Origin: a virus
Lineage: Duplodnaviria > Caudoviricetes
Virus record (IMG/VR): IMGVR_UViG_3300017700_000477
Coordinates: 1-53,596 of that record
DNA: 53,596 nt
Strand: one strand, 5' to 3'
Made by a program: the position numbers and the translations under genes. This document shows positions 25,695 through 36,000 of this stretch, in pieces. How positions within the stretch are numbered: the first letter of the stretch is position 1; each line of letters starts with the position of its first letter. Below the pieces are notes generated by a model. That model saw nothing but the letters and a program-made list of their open reading frames with translations, made no database searches and was not told the DNA's origin.

Positions 25695-28448
25695 GTGAAG
25701 GCTACGCACGCTCTCCTGGCGTTCAACAGGGGCCTAGTCTCGCGCCTGTCGCTGGCCAGGATCGACCTCAAGCGCATGGCGCTGTCCGCCGCGGTCCAGC
25801 TCAACTGGATCCCGCGCGTGCTCGGCTCCATGATGCTGCGGCCTGGCCTCGGGTTCCTGTCGGCCATCCGCAACGACGCCAAGCCCAAGCATATCCCGTT
25901 CGTGTTCGGCGCCTCCGACACGGCGTTGATCGAGCTCACCGACGGCATGATGCGGGTCCGCATCGACGATGTCGTCGTGACCCGTCCGGCTGTGACCCCG
26001 ACCTTCAACCGGTGGAACGGTGCGGCCTTCGTCGCCAGCGTCGACACCGGCAGCACGTTCGTCGATGCGACGGATGTCGGCTACTGGCGCGACAACGACG
26101 AGTCCGGTGGCACGTCCGCCTGGGCGACCGGCGGCTACCTCTCCCTGCTCGGCAACGACAGTGCTTCGGCCATCCGCGACCGGTCGGTGGCGGTGCTGCA
26201 GCCCAACGTCGAGCATTCGATCGAGATCATCGTCAACCGCGGCATCGTGGTCCTGCGCGTCGGGACGACTGAGGGCACCGACGACCTGCTGACCGACCGC
26301 TCCCTGCGCGCCGGCCGGCACTCGATCAGCGTCACGCCTACGGGCTCGGCGTTCTTCATCCGCCTGTCCAACAGCCGCGACACCATCGCGCTGGTCGACA
26401 GCGTGGCGCTTGGCCAGGGCGGCGTGGCCATGGAGATCGTCACGCCATGGGCCGAGGCCGACCTCAAGTACGTCCGCACGGCGCAGTCGAGTGACGTGAT
26501 CTTCGTGGCCTGCAAGGGCCAGGCGCAGAAGCGTATCGAGCGGCAGGGTGCCACCAGCCCGCGCTCGTGGTCGCTCGTCGACTATGCCCCCGAGGACGGC
26601 CCCTTCCGCGAGATCAATACCGGGCCGGTACGGCTGAAGGTGTCCAACCTGTTCGGCGACATCACGATCACGGCAGAGCGGCCCTACTTCAAGGCGACCA
26701 ACGTGGGTTCGCTGTTCTCCCTCGACTCGGTCGGGCAGCTTGTGGCAGCCAACGTCAATGCCGACAACGAATTCACGGATCCCATCCGCGTGACCGGTGT
26801 GGGCGAAAGCCGCCAGTTCCTCGCGACGATGGTCGGTGGGCCGTGGGTATCGTCGACCGTCTTCCTGCAGTCCTCGCCCGGTGAGCCTGGCGACTGGACC
26901 AACGTCAATGCCTACCTCGTGGACGCAACCGTTGCCATCAACGACGGCCTCGACAACCAGATAATGTACTACCGCATCGGCATCCCGACGGGCAGCCACA
27001 ACCCCGGCGACGCCATCGACGTCTCCCTGATCTACAGCGGCGGCTCGATCACCGGCATCGCTCGCGTCACCGGCTACACCTCCGAGACGGTCGTGTCCGC
27101 CGCTGTCCTGCGCGACTTCGGCAAATACGACCAGTACACCCGCGACTGGCGCGAGGGCGACTGGTCTCCGCGTCGTGGCTATCCCTCGGCTGTCGAGATG
27201 GATGGCGGGCGCCTATGGTGGGCCGGCAAGGGCTATGAGTGGGGCTCGGTATCCGACGCGCTCGACTCGTTCGATGACGAGATCGTGAGCGACGACGGGC
27301 CGATCCGCCGCACCCTGGGCAAGGGGCCGATCGACAACGTCAACTGGCTGCTGGCCAGCAACAACCTCATGTTCGGCATGGAAAGCGGCGTCCAGGTCGC
27401 GCGCACATCGTCGTTCGATGAGCCGCTGACTCAGGCCAAGTTCAGCCTCAAGGGTATCAGCAACCGCGGCACCGCAGCCATCCAGGCCGTGCTGATGGAC
27501 ACGTCGATCGCCTACGTCGGCAACGACGACCAGCGGGTCTTCGAGATCGCCTTCGATGGCGTCAACTATGCGCCGCCGCTCGACATGACGGCCCTGATCC
27601 CTGAAATCGGCGCGCCTGGCTTCGCCGGCATGGCGGTGCAAAACTCCCCCGACCGCCGTGTCCACATGTGGCGCACGGATGGCACGGTGGCCATCTCGAT
27701 CTTCGACAAGGTCGAGAACGTCACCTGCTGGGTCGAGGTCGAGACCGACGGCGTGGTCGAGGACATCGTCGTCCTGCCGCGCGACCCCAACGGTGGGCCG
27801 GAGGATCGCGTCTATTACTCGGTCGCTCGCACCATTGGCGGCGTGACCAAGCGGTATCTCGAGCGGTGGGCGGAGGAGACAGAGGCCATGGGCGCGGCCG
27901 ATACGCGGCTGGCCGACAGCTTCGTCACCACCACGACTCCGGGCCTGGTGATGACCGGCCTGTCGCATCTCGAGGGCAAGGACGTGATCGTCTGGCAGGA
28001 TGGCGTCTGCCCTGTCGATGCCGACAACGAGCCCAAGACCTACGCCGTGACCGGCGGCGCCATCACGCTCGACACGGCGATCGTCGCCTTCGCCTGCGCC
28101 GGCCTGCCTTACACGGCCCTGTACCAGTCGGCCAAGGGCGCCGTCCGCGACGCGCAGCAGATGATGCTCAACCAGCGCCAGAAGGTCGACATGATGGGCG
28201 TGGTCCTGGCCGACGCGCACCCGCTCTCGCTCAAGTACGGGCAGGATTTCGACAACATGGACAACCTGCCGATGATCGAGGAGGGCGCACCTGTCGACCT
28301 CGATGCGGTCTGGCTGGCCTACGACTACGACGCCTTCAGTGTCAGCGGCACCTGGACCACCGACGCCCGCGTGTGCCTCAAGGCAGGCCCTGGCCGTCCC
28401 TGCACCGTGCTCGGCCTGTCGATCGGGGAGCAGGGCAATGCACGCTGA
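25695..28448 (+). CDS. Tail tubular protein B / nozzle (T7 gp12, P22 gp10-like)
   Basis: FN.G.VS..RPG, Q..DVIF, GYPS.V...GRLW, GL.HLEGK.V, GLPY. Confidence 0.88.
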   Translation: MKATHALLAFNRGLVSRLSLARIDLKRMALSAAVQLNWIPRVLGSMMLRPGLGFLSAIRNDAKPKHIPFVFGASDTALIELTDGMMRVRIDDVVVTRPAVTPTFNRWNGAAFVASVDTGSTFVDATDVGYWRDNDESGGTSAWATGGYLSLLGNDSASAIRDRSVAVLQPNVEHSIEIIVNRGIVVLRVGTTEGTDDLLTDRSLRAGRHSISVTPTGSAFFIRLSNSRDTIALVDSVALGQGGVAMEIVTPWAEADLKYVRTAQSSDVIFVACKGQAQKRIERQGATSPRSWSLVDYAPEDGPFREINTGPVRLKVSNLFGDITITAERPYFKATNVGSLFSLDSVGQLVAANVNADNEFTDPIRVTGVGESRQFLATMVGGPWVSSTVFLQSSPGEPGDWTNVNAYLVDATVAINDGLDNQIMYYRIGIPTGSHNPGDAIDVSLIYSGGSITGIARVTGYTSETVVSAAVLRDFGKYDQYTRDWREGDWSPRRGYPSAVEMDGGRLWWAGKGYEWGSVSDALDSFDDEIVSDDGPIRRTLGKGPIDNVNWLLASNNLMFGMESGVQVARTSSFDEPLTQAKFSLKGISNRGTAAIQAVLMDTSIAYVGNDDQRVFEIAFDGVNYAPPLDMTALIPEIGAPGFAGMAVQNSPDRRVHMWRTDGTVAISIFDKVENVTCWVEVETDGVVEDIVVLPRDPNGGPEDRVYYSVARTIGGVTKRYLERWAEETEAMGAADTRLADSFVTTTTPGLVMTGLSHLEGKDVIVWQDGVCPVDADNEPKTYAVTGGAITLDTAIVAFACAGLPYTALYQSAKGAVRDAQQMMLNQRQKVDMMGVVLADAHPLSLKYGQDFDNMDNLPMIEEGAPVDLDAVWLAYDYDAFSVSGTWTTDARVCLKAGPGRPCTVLGLSIGEQGNAR

Positions 28449-28794
28449 GATCACGATCGTCCCTGCCACGCCTGCTCTCGCGTGTGCATGGTTTGGCGGC
28501 CCGCCGCCCTTCACACTGAGGGGCTGCGTGGCCGTGCGCGACGAGCGGCCGGTCGCCATCTTCGGCGTCTACTGGCTGGACGGCGTCGCCATCGCCTTCT
28601 CCGAGTGGCAGCCGGGGCTCGACCGCCGCACCATCGCGCGCTGCTTCCGCCGGGGCGAGCGGCTGCTCAAGGACGTGCCGGGCACCATGTATGCAGAGCC
28701 GCATCCTGGGCAGCAGGCGACGCTGCTTGCCCGGCTGGGCTTCGTGGCTGTCGAGGATGAGGTCGACGGCGGGCCGTTGCTGGTGCGGGCATGA
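28438..28794 (+). CDS. Small acetyltransferase-fold-like protein (T7 gp13 position)
   Basis: C-terminal LARLGF; position after nozzle. Confidence 0.55.
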   Translation: MHAEITIVPATPALACAWFGGPPPFTLRGCVAVRDERPVAIFGVYWLDGVAIAFSEWQPGLDRRTIARCFRRGERLLKDVPGTMYAEPHPGQQATLLARLGFVAVEDEVDGGPLLVRA

Positions 28795-29243
28795 TCGAAC
28801 AGGTGACGTTTGCCGAGATCGAGGCGGACCCCGCCTTCGCCGGCCTGCTGGTCGAGTACGCTGCGGAAAGCGGAAACAGGGGGCTGCCTGAGCCCAAGAT
28901 CGAGCCTGAGACCTATCGCCGGCTGGATGCCGCCGGCGTGCTGACCATATTCGCTGCTCGCGTCGATGGCCGCCTCGTGGGCTTCATCTTCATCCTGGTG
29001 AGCGTCAATCCCCACTACAGCGTCCCGCTGGGCACGAGCGAGAGTTTCTTCGTGGCCAAGGCCCACCGGATGACCGGCCTTCCCCTGCGCCTGCTGCGCG
29101 CGGCCGAAGACCTGGCGCGCGAGAAGGGCGCCAAGGGCATCTATGTCAACACGCCGTTCGGCAGTTCGCTTTGCGAGACCCTCCCGCGGCTGGAATACGT
29201 CGAGACCAACCGGGTGTTCTTCAGGAGCCTGAGCGATGCGTGA
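28791..29243 (+). CDS. GNAT-family acetyltransferase
   Basis: ARVDGRLVGF, FFV..AHR..G...LL..AE..AREKGA. Confidence 0.8.
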   Translation: MIEQVTFAEIEADPAFAGLLVEYAAESGNRGLPEPKIEPETYRRLDAAGVLTIFAARVDGRLVGFIFILVSVNPHYSVPLGTSESFFVAKAHRMTGLPLRLLRAAEDLAREKGAKGIYVNTPFGSSLCETLPRLEYVETNRVFFRSLSDA

Positions 29244-29706
29244 CGTCACTCTCCCGGCCCGCGGCATCCCGCCCATGCTGCCGGAGGCGATCGACATCGT
29301 GCGCGCGCTGGAGACCGACCGCATGAAGCAGCCGCAGGTCACGATCGAGATCGATCAGTACGTCCATGCCGGCATCTATTACCGCACCATGTTCGTCCCC
29401 CATATCGGGCGCGGAACGCTGATCACTGGCGTCGAGGTGAAGTTGGCCACCGGCCTGATCATCTCCGGCGACGTCACGGTCTTCGTCGGGCCGCCTGTCG
29501 GCGAGATCCGCGTGACGGGAACTAATAGGCTTGTCCAGGCGGGGGCAGGGCGCAAGCAGGCGTTCGCCACACATGCCGACACCTACGTCACAATGACCTT
29601 CCCGACGCGGGCAACGACGACCGAGCAAGCCGAGCGGGAATTCACCGATGAGGTCGATCTGCTGACCACGCGCCGCGAGAATAGGGGATTGAAATGTCTG
29701 GCGTAA
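29236..29706 (+). CDS. Cupin-like conserved phage protein
   Basis: HAGIY.RT, ITG, SGDVTV, AGRKQA..HADT. Confidence 0.65.
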   Translation: MRDVTLPARGIPPMLPEAIDIVRALETDRMKQPQVTIEIDQYVHAGIYYRTMFVPHIGRGTLITGVEVKLATGLIISGDVTVFVGPPVGEIRVTGTNRLVQAGAGRKQAFATHADTYVTMTFPTRATTTEQAEREFTDEVDLLTTRRENRGLKCLA

Positions 29707-30632
29707 CCACTGCTACCGTAATTGCCGGCGTAGGCGCCGCGGCCAGCGTCGCGAGCACCGTCGGCGGCATGATGGGCGGCAGCTCCAAGGCCAGCGCCCA
29801 GCGCGAGTCGGCCGACGACACCTATGAGGCCGCCGTCCGGCGCAACCAGCAGCTCGAGATGCAGGCCGACGAGATCAAGAACCAGGCCCTGCAGCGGGAT
29901 AACCAGGCATTGGTGCAGGACGCGCAGGCGCACCTGCAGCAGGGCCAGGTCGGCATGATGCGCCAGGAAGCGGCGCTTGCGGACAACTCGGCGATCCTGA
30001 CACACCGGCAGGCTGACGCCACGCGCGACCGGGCGACGCTATCCGAGGCGCTTGCCCAGCGCACGGCGATCGAAAGCACGCGCAAGTCTGCCATGGCGGC
30101 CGGCCGTGCCAAGGCGGTCATGGGCGCGTCGGGAGCCGGAGTCGACACGACGGTCATCGCGGACATCCTGGGCGAGGGCAACTATGCCGCCGAGGTGGCG
30201 CTCTACGACGGCAAGGCGCGCGCGCAGGATCTCAAGACCGAGGCGTCGCTACTCGACTATGAAGGGGACCTCACGACCTACGGCGCCAACGTCACGCGCT
30301 ACAATGCCGAGGTCGCGGACTATGGCGTGGCGCTGTCGAAGTGGGGCGCTGAAAACACGCGCTACCAGGCGACGCTCGACCGGCGCACGGCGGACAGCCT
30401 CAAGTGGTCCGGTGGCACGATCCTGCAGGAAGGGGCGGCCGGCGCACAGGCTCTGCGCCGCGGGGCCGACAGCACGGAAAGCACGGGCTACCTGAAGGCT
30501 GGCCTGAGCGGGCTGTCGATCGCGGCCAAGTACGCGCCGCAGTTCATGGACTCGGGCAGCGGCAAGAACGATCCCAGCGTGCCTGATTACTACAACACCA
30601 GCACATTCAGCGGCGGCGGAGAACTAGCATAA
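29694..30632 (+). CDS. Internal virion (ejection) protein, T7 gp14-like
   Basis: Hydrophobic Gly/Ala N-terminus, helical Q/A-rich body, GASG.GV. Confidence 0.75.
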   Translation: MSGVTTATVIAGVGAAASVASTVGGMMGGSSKASAQRESADDTYEAAVRRNQQLEMQADEIKNQALQRDNQALVQDAQAHLQQGQVGMMRQEAALADNSAILTHRQADATRDRATLSEALAQRTAIESTRKSAMAAGRAKAVMGASGAGVDTTVIADILGEGNYAAEVALYDGKARAQDLKTEASLLDYEGDLTTYGANVTRYNAEVADYGVALSKWGAENTRYQATLDRRTADSLKWSGGTILQEGAAGAQALRRGADSTESTGYLKAGLSGLSIAAKYAPQFMDSGSGKNDPSVPDYYNTSTFSGGGELA

Positions 30633-33007
30633 TGCCCACGTTCGCAACCGGCGCAGACTTCAACGTCCCGACTCCTCAAGGCAGCGGCGGCATCCCTCGC
30701 GGCGGCGGAGGCCGGGCATCCGTGCCGGCCGCGCGCATCCCCGGCGACCCCAGCCGCATCGCCACGTCCGGCGCCATACCGGGAGCAGCATCTCCGTCTG
30801 GCATCCCAGCGCAGGTCATGCTCGACGAGTCTCGGCAGACCGCCGATCTCGGCACCGCGCTCGATCGGTTCGGCGCCACGGTCGACAAGTTCGCCGAGAC
30901 CCTCGACCAGACGGCGGCGCAGGAGGCGCTCAACACCCTGCGCGCCAAGCGCCAGGAGATGACCTATGACCCGGAGAAGGGTTATCAGAAGTACCGCGGC
31001 GGCGCGGCGACCAAGAACGGCCCTGGCGGCATGCCGCTGCTCGACGAGCTCCCTGCTGGCCTGCAGTCGGCGGCTGACGAGATCGGTGGCGGACTGAGCA
31101 GCCGCTCGCGCAAGCTGTTCTCCGAGGCCGCATCGCGTGAGGTGCTGGGCTACAAGAAAGACCTCTCGGTCCATGTGGCCAACGAGTCGGAGAAGTATGA
31201 GGCGGCGGTCTACAAGGACACGCAGCTCGGCGCTCTGTCGGAAGCGGTCACGGTCGCCGACGACCCGCTGAAACTGAAAGAGGTTGCCGATCGCGCGGCG
31301 CGCGCGGCGGACATCCGTGCGTCGCAGACCGGGCTGCCCAGCCAAGCGAAGGAAGCGCGGTCGAACGTGCTGCGCTCGGCGATCGAGGGGCAGATTGCGA
31401 GCGGCAATGGGTCGCGCGCTCTGTCCATGTACCAGGCTCTGCTGCCGGACCTTGACGGGCGCGACCGCGTTGCGCTGGGGCCGACCATGCGCACGGTCGG
31501 TATCGGCGAGACGGCCAAGTACCAGGCCGGCGCGCTCACGGCGACGATGCCGGCGCCAGGGCAGGCGGAGGAGGGGACCAAGACCAGCATGGCGTTCTGG
31601 ACTGCCGACGGCTACAGCTCCAAGGCGGCTGCCGGCCTGACCGCTGGCTTCCTCGGTGAGTCGCAGTTCTTCCCAGGCGCTCGCAACAAAGGCGACGGCC
31701 GGGACGGTTCCGACAGCATCAATATCGGCCAGTGGAACAGCGGCCGCGCCAAGGCCCTGCTCGAGTTCGCCCAAAAGAAGGGCCTCGATCCCAACAAGGT
31801 CGAGACCGGGCTGCTCTACGCCAAGGCGGAGATCGACGGCGAGATCCCGCGCGCCATCAGCGGCGTGTCCCCTGACCTGAAGGCCAAACTGCAGAACGCA
31901 AAGACCGAGCAGGAAGCGGCCGACATCATGGTGCGCGGCTACTTTAAGCCGCTCGACCAGGATGGCCAGTCCCATGTGCGCGGCAAGACAGCATCGGGTG
32001 TGCTGGCCAAGTATGGCACGCAGACACCCGACGACCCGCTCAAGAAGTCCGTCGACACGGCCACCGGCGCGACACCCGACGGCGGCAAGCCCAAGGACGG
32101 CCCCAAGTACCTGGACACCCGGCAGATGCTGCTGGATGCGGAGAAGACCTACGACGTCGCCACCCGGCGCAATGCGGAGATCAACGGTGGGAACGACGAC
32201 CAGCGCCGCGCGACACAGTCTCAGCTCGACCTGAACCTGGCCGCGACCAAGCGGTCGATCGACATCGCCAAGCTGCAGCTCGAGGTGAGCGTCGACAAGT
32301 GGATGACGACGGGCGGGCCGCCCGATGCGCAGGGCAATCCCACGTCTGCCCTGCAGCGTCCGCCGCCGGAGATCTGGAACCAGTTGCCGTACCAGAAGCA
32401 GCAGTCCATCGACGCGACGATCGCGCACAATGCGAAGGGCACGGTCGCCGTGACCAATGACCGGGTGTGGGGCGAAATCCACCGCGGCATCACCAACGAG
32501 GACCCGGCCGTCCGCGCTGAATGGGCGCAGAAGTCCTTGTGGGAATACAAGAAAGACCTGTCGAGCAGCGATTACCAGGAGCTGTCGAAGCTCCAAGCGG
32601 CCGGCCGCACGGGCGATCCCAACAAGGATCTGACGCACGTCCGCTCGATCTCGACCATGGTCACTGACGCGTTGCAAAAGCTGAAGGCGGACAAAGACCC
32701 CGAGAAGGTCGACAAGTTCAACCGCATCGTGCAGGGCCAGGTCAACGAGCTGGAGCGCCAGCAGAAGCGCAAGGCCACGCCGGAGGAGCAGCAGAAGATT
32801 ATCGACCGGACGGCGATGGACGTGTTCGTCGGCAAGGGCACGCTCTGGGGCGAGAAGACCAAGCCGCGCTATGAGATGACGATTGCCGACGTGCCCGCCG
32901 CAGAAAAGACAGAGATTACTGCTTCACTCAATCGGCGCAAAATCCCGGTCACAGACGAAAATATTATCGAGCTTTATGCTCGAGGAAATGCCAGGCCGAA
33001 GAAATGA
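30632..33007 (+). CDS. Internal virion protein with phage-tail-lysozyme-like domain
   Basis: AAAGL....GES..F...GD...S..IGQW...R...L..FA in the middle of a helical protein. Confidence 0.8.
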   Translation: MPTFATGADFNVPTPQGSGGIPRGGGGRASVPAARIPGDPSRIATSGAIPGAASPSGIPAQVMLDESRQTADLGTALDRFGATVDKFAETLDQTAAQEALNTLRAKRQEMTYDPEKGYQKYRGGAATKNGPGGMPLLDELPAGLQSAADEIGGGLSSRSRKLFSEAASREVLGYKKDLSVHVANESEKYEAAVYKDTQLGALSEAVTVADDPLKLKEVADRAARAADIRASQTGLPSQAKEARSNVLRSAIEGQIASGNGSRALSMYQALLPDLDGRDRVALGPTMRTVGIGETAKYQAGALTATMPAPGQAEEGTKTSMAFWTADGYSSKAAAGLTAGFLGESQFFPGARNKGDGRDGSDSINIGQWNSGRAKALLEFAQKKGLDPNKVETGLLYAKAEIDGEIPRAISGVSPDLKAKLQNAKTEQEAADIMVRGYFKPLDQDGQSHVRGKTASGVLAKYGTQTPDDPLKKSVDTATGATPDGGKPKDGPKYLDTRQMLLDAEKTYDVATRRNAEINGGNDDQRRATQSQLDLNLAATKRSIDIAKLQLEVSVDKWMTTGGPPDAQGNPTSALQRPPPEIWNQLPYQKQQSIDATIAHNAKGTVAVTNDRVWGEIHRGITNEDPAVRAEWAQKSLWEYKKDLSSSDYQELSKLQAAGRTGDPNKDLTHVRSISTMVTDALQKLKADKDPEKVDKFNRIVQGQVNELERQQKRKATPEEQQKIIDRTAMDVFVGKGTLWGEKTKPRYEMTIADVPAAEKTEITASLNRRKIPVTDENIIELYARGNARPKK

Positions 33008-36000
33008 GCGACATCTCCGACGCCGCGATCGAGCCGACAGTTGAACAGCCGGCCGTCGCGGTCGACGCGCCTGTGCCTGACGTCCAGTTGGCGGAAGCGC
33101 CACCGGTCAACAAGTACGACGCGGCCGCCGCTGAGATGGTGGAAGCGCCGGCGGCAGTGTCCGTTCCTCCGGTCAACAAGTACGACGCCGCGGCCGACTC
33201 GCTGGTCAGCGACCGCAACACGAAGGTCCGCGCCTCGGTCCTGACATCGACTGGCACGGCGGACACCGCCGGCAAGGCTGTGGCCCTGTCGCGCAAGACG
33301 GGGCTGCCGGCCGACATGGTCGAGCGCAATCTCCCGGAGGTCGAGAAGACCGACAAGCTGAACCGGTACGACGAGATACTGAAGAACGCGCCGAAAATGG
33401 CCGACTGGCTGGCGCAGGATCCGATGAACGTCAAGGTCGCCGATGGCGAGGGCGACGTCGAAAAGCTGGGCTTCCTGGAGTGGACGGTCAACGAGCTGTA
33501 CCGCCCGTACCTGCAGCAGCAGGCGTCGTCCGGCCTGGCGGGCATGAAGGTAGCCGCCGGCAAGATCACGCAGCTTGACGCCGCGGAAGCCAAGGCCGCG
33601 CGCGGTGACTACCTGACGCCATTCGAGAAGGCGATGCTGCCGCAGGCCGAGCAAATCCGCAAAGAGATGCAGGGCTTCATGGCCCAATACAGCACCCAGC
33701 GGCTGGAGCGGTCTGCCCAGGCTGCGGCGCTGCCGGAGTTGCCCGCGGTCAAGGAGATGCAGGCCGCCGGCGAGGCTGGCGATTGGGGCGGCGTCTTCTC
33801 CGCTCTGATGAAGGACCCCGTCCGCGCGGCCTACGCGATCTCCCTGCAGGGCGCCGCGATGCTGCCGCTCCAGATTGGTGGCGCTGTCGTCGCCGGCCCG
33901 GTCGGCGTGTTCGGCGTGTCGTTCGGGCTCGAGTACATGGGCGCCGTCGAGGAGGCCATCAAGGCGTCCGGCGTCGACACCCAGGATCCGGCCGCGCTGA
34001 TGAAGGCGCTGTCCAATCCCGAGCTCATGGCCAAGGTCGAGAAGCAGGCGGCGACCAAGGCGTCGGTCATTGGCGCGTTCGATACGGCGTCGATGGGCGT
34101 GGCCGGAAAGACCATTGGCGTCGGCCGGAAGGCGCTCACTCGCCACGCGACGAACATCGTGGCCCAGATTGGCGTGCAGGGCGCGCTCGGCGGGGCCGGT
34201 GAGGCGCTGGGCTCACTGGCGGCTGATCTGCCTGTAGACCCCTTCGCAGTCGTTTCTGAGGTGCTGGGCGAAATGGGCGGCGCTCCGATGGAGGTCGCGG
34301 GCGTGCGCGGGTGGAAGAATGCCGTCCGCCAGGATGCGACGGCCGAGCAGTGGGCGAAGTTCCAGGCCCTGCCGCCGGCGGAGCAGCAGGCTACCGGGCA
34401 GGCTATGCTGCTCGACAAGCTAGTCGCGCAGGCCAACGACACCAAGCTGGCGAAGACCTCGCCGGAGAAGCTGCAGGAGTTCATGGCCAGCGTGTCCGGC
34501 CAGGACGCCACGGTGTTCGTGCCGGCCGAGGCGGTGAACAGCTACATGCAGGACATGACCGGGCTGCAGTCGGAAGCGTTCCTGAGCAGCCTGGGCGTGA
34601 CAGCCGACCAGATTGCCCGCATCCGCCAGACGGACGAAGACTTCGCCATTCCGCTCGCCATGTACATCACGGGCGCGAGCGAGGCGCACGCGGCTTGGCG
34701 CGACCAGGTCCGCACCGAGGTTGATGGCTTTTCCGTGAGGCAGGCTCAGGAATGGGCCAAGGCCAAGGACGAGCAAATCAAGGCGCTGCAGGACAAGTTC
34801 GAGGAGCACGTCGCCGCGGGCCTGCCGCCCGATCCGCAGACCGTCGTCTACCAGCAGGTGCTGGAGATGGCCAAGGCCAACGGCTACACCAACGACGTCG
34901 CCAGCCAGCACGCCGCGCTATACGCCTCGCGGTACGCGGCGCGTGCCGCCCGCAACCCTGGCCAGTATGCCGACGCGCTCGACGCCTTCGAGAAGGCTGG
35001 CACCGGCAAGGGCCTGCAGATCCAGACCATGCTGGCCGACGGCACGCGCGCCGCTGGCCCCGGCGTGCTCGACACGATGCTCGACAGCCTCCGGTCGGGC
35101 AAAGACCCCGTCAGGGTGCCCAGGGCTGCCCGTGTGGCCAAGGATGCCGGCCCCGCGGCCGACGCCACCATCCTGAAGGCAGCGTCGCGCCTGGCGCGCG
35201 GCTGGACGCCTGAGAAGGCCATCCCGGCGCCGCAGTCCCTGACCGACTTCGTGCGCAAGAACGGCGGCCTGCGTCTCGGCACGTCGGAAGCGGGCGATCT
35301 CCGCGCGGCGGACCTGACCAAGATCCCCGGCCTCCTGCAGTTGAAGGGCAAGGGCAAGGGCCGCCAGGCCGACGACATGGCGCAGGCCGCCATGGATGCC
35401 GGCTTCCGGTTCGGCCCTGACACGGCGACCGGCAGTGGCGTCGATGTGGCGGCGTTCCTCAAGGCGCTCGAGGGCGATGCCACCGGCCGCTCCAAGGCGT
35501 ACCCGGACGATGCCGACACCACCGCGTTCCAGGAGCAGCAGGACTATTTCAACGAGTTCTTCCGCTGGCTGAAGGACGACCTGGGCTGGGAGCCCAAGGG
35601 CCGGACGCCGGAGGAGGTCGCCAAGTTCCTGGCGCAGGACGACACCACGCAGCGCCTGATGGTGCTGGCCGAGCGTGTCGAGGCCCTGGGACCGGACAGC
35701 GACGAGGCGCGGCATCTCGATCGTGAGCTCGCCCGCATCGCCGACGAGTCCCTTGAGCGGCTGGCCGACGAGTTCGCCGATCGCGACGCGGCGATGGCCG
35801 TTGACGATACCGGCGCCGCCGTCGACACTGACGGGTTAACAACCGAGGAATGGGAAGCACTCCATGACGAAATCGCAGCAACTGTCGAAGATGACGCAGC
35901 GACTGACGGGCGTCCTGCAGACGGACAAGCTGCCGGGCAGCGCGCGCAAGGAGCTGGCCGCGATAAGGCTGGCGACGTCGCTGCGGGTAAAACTCCGAAA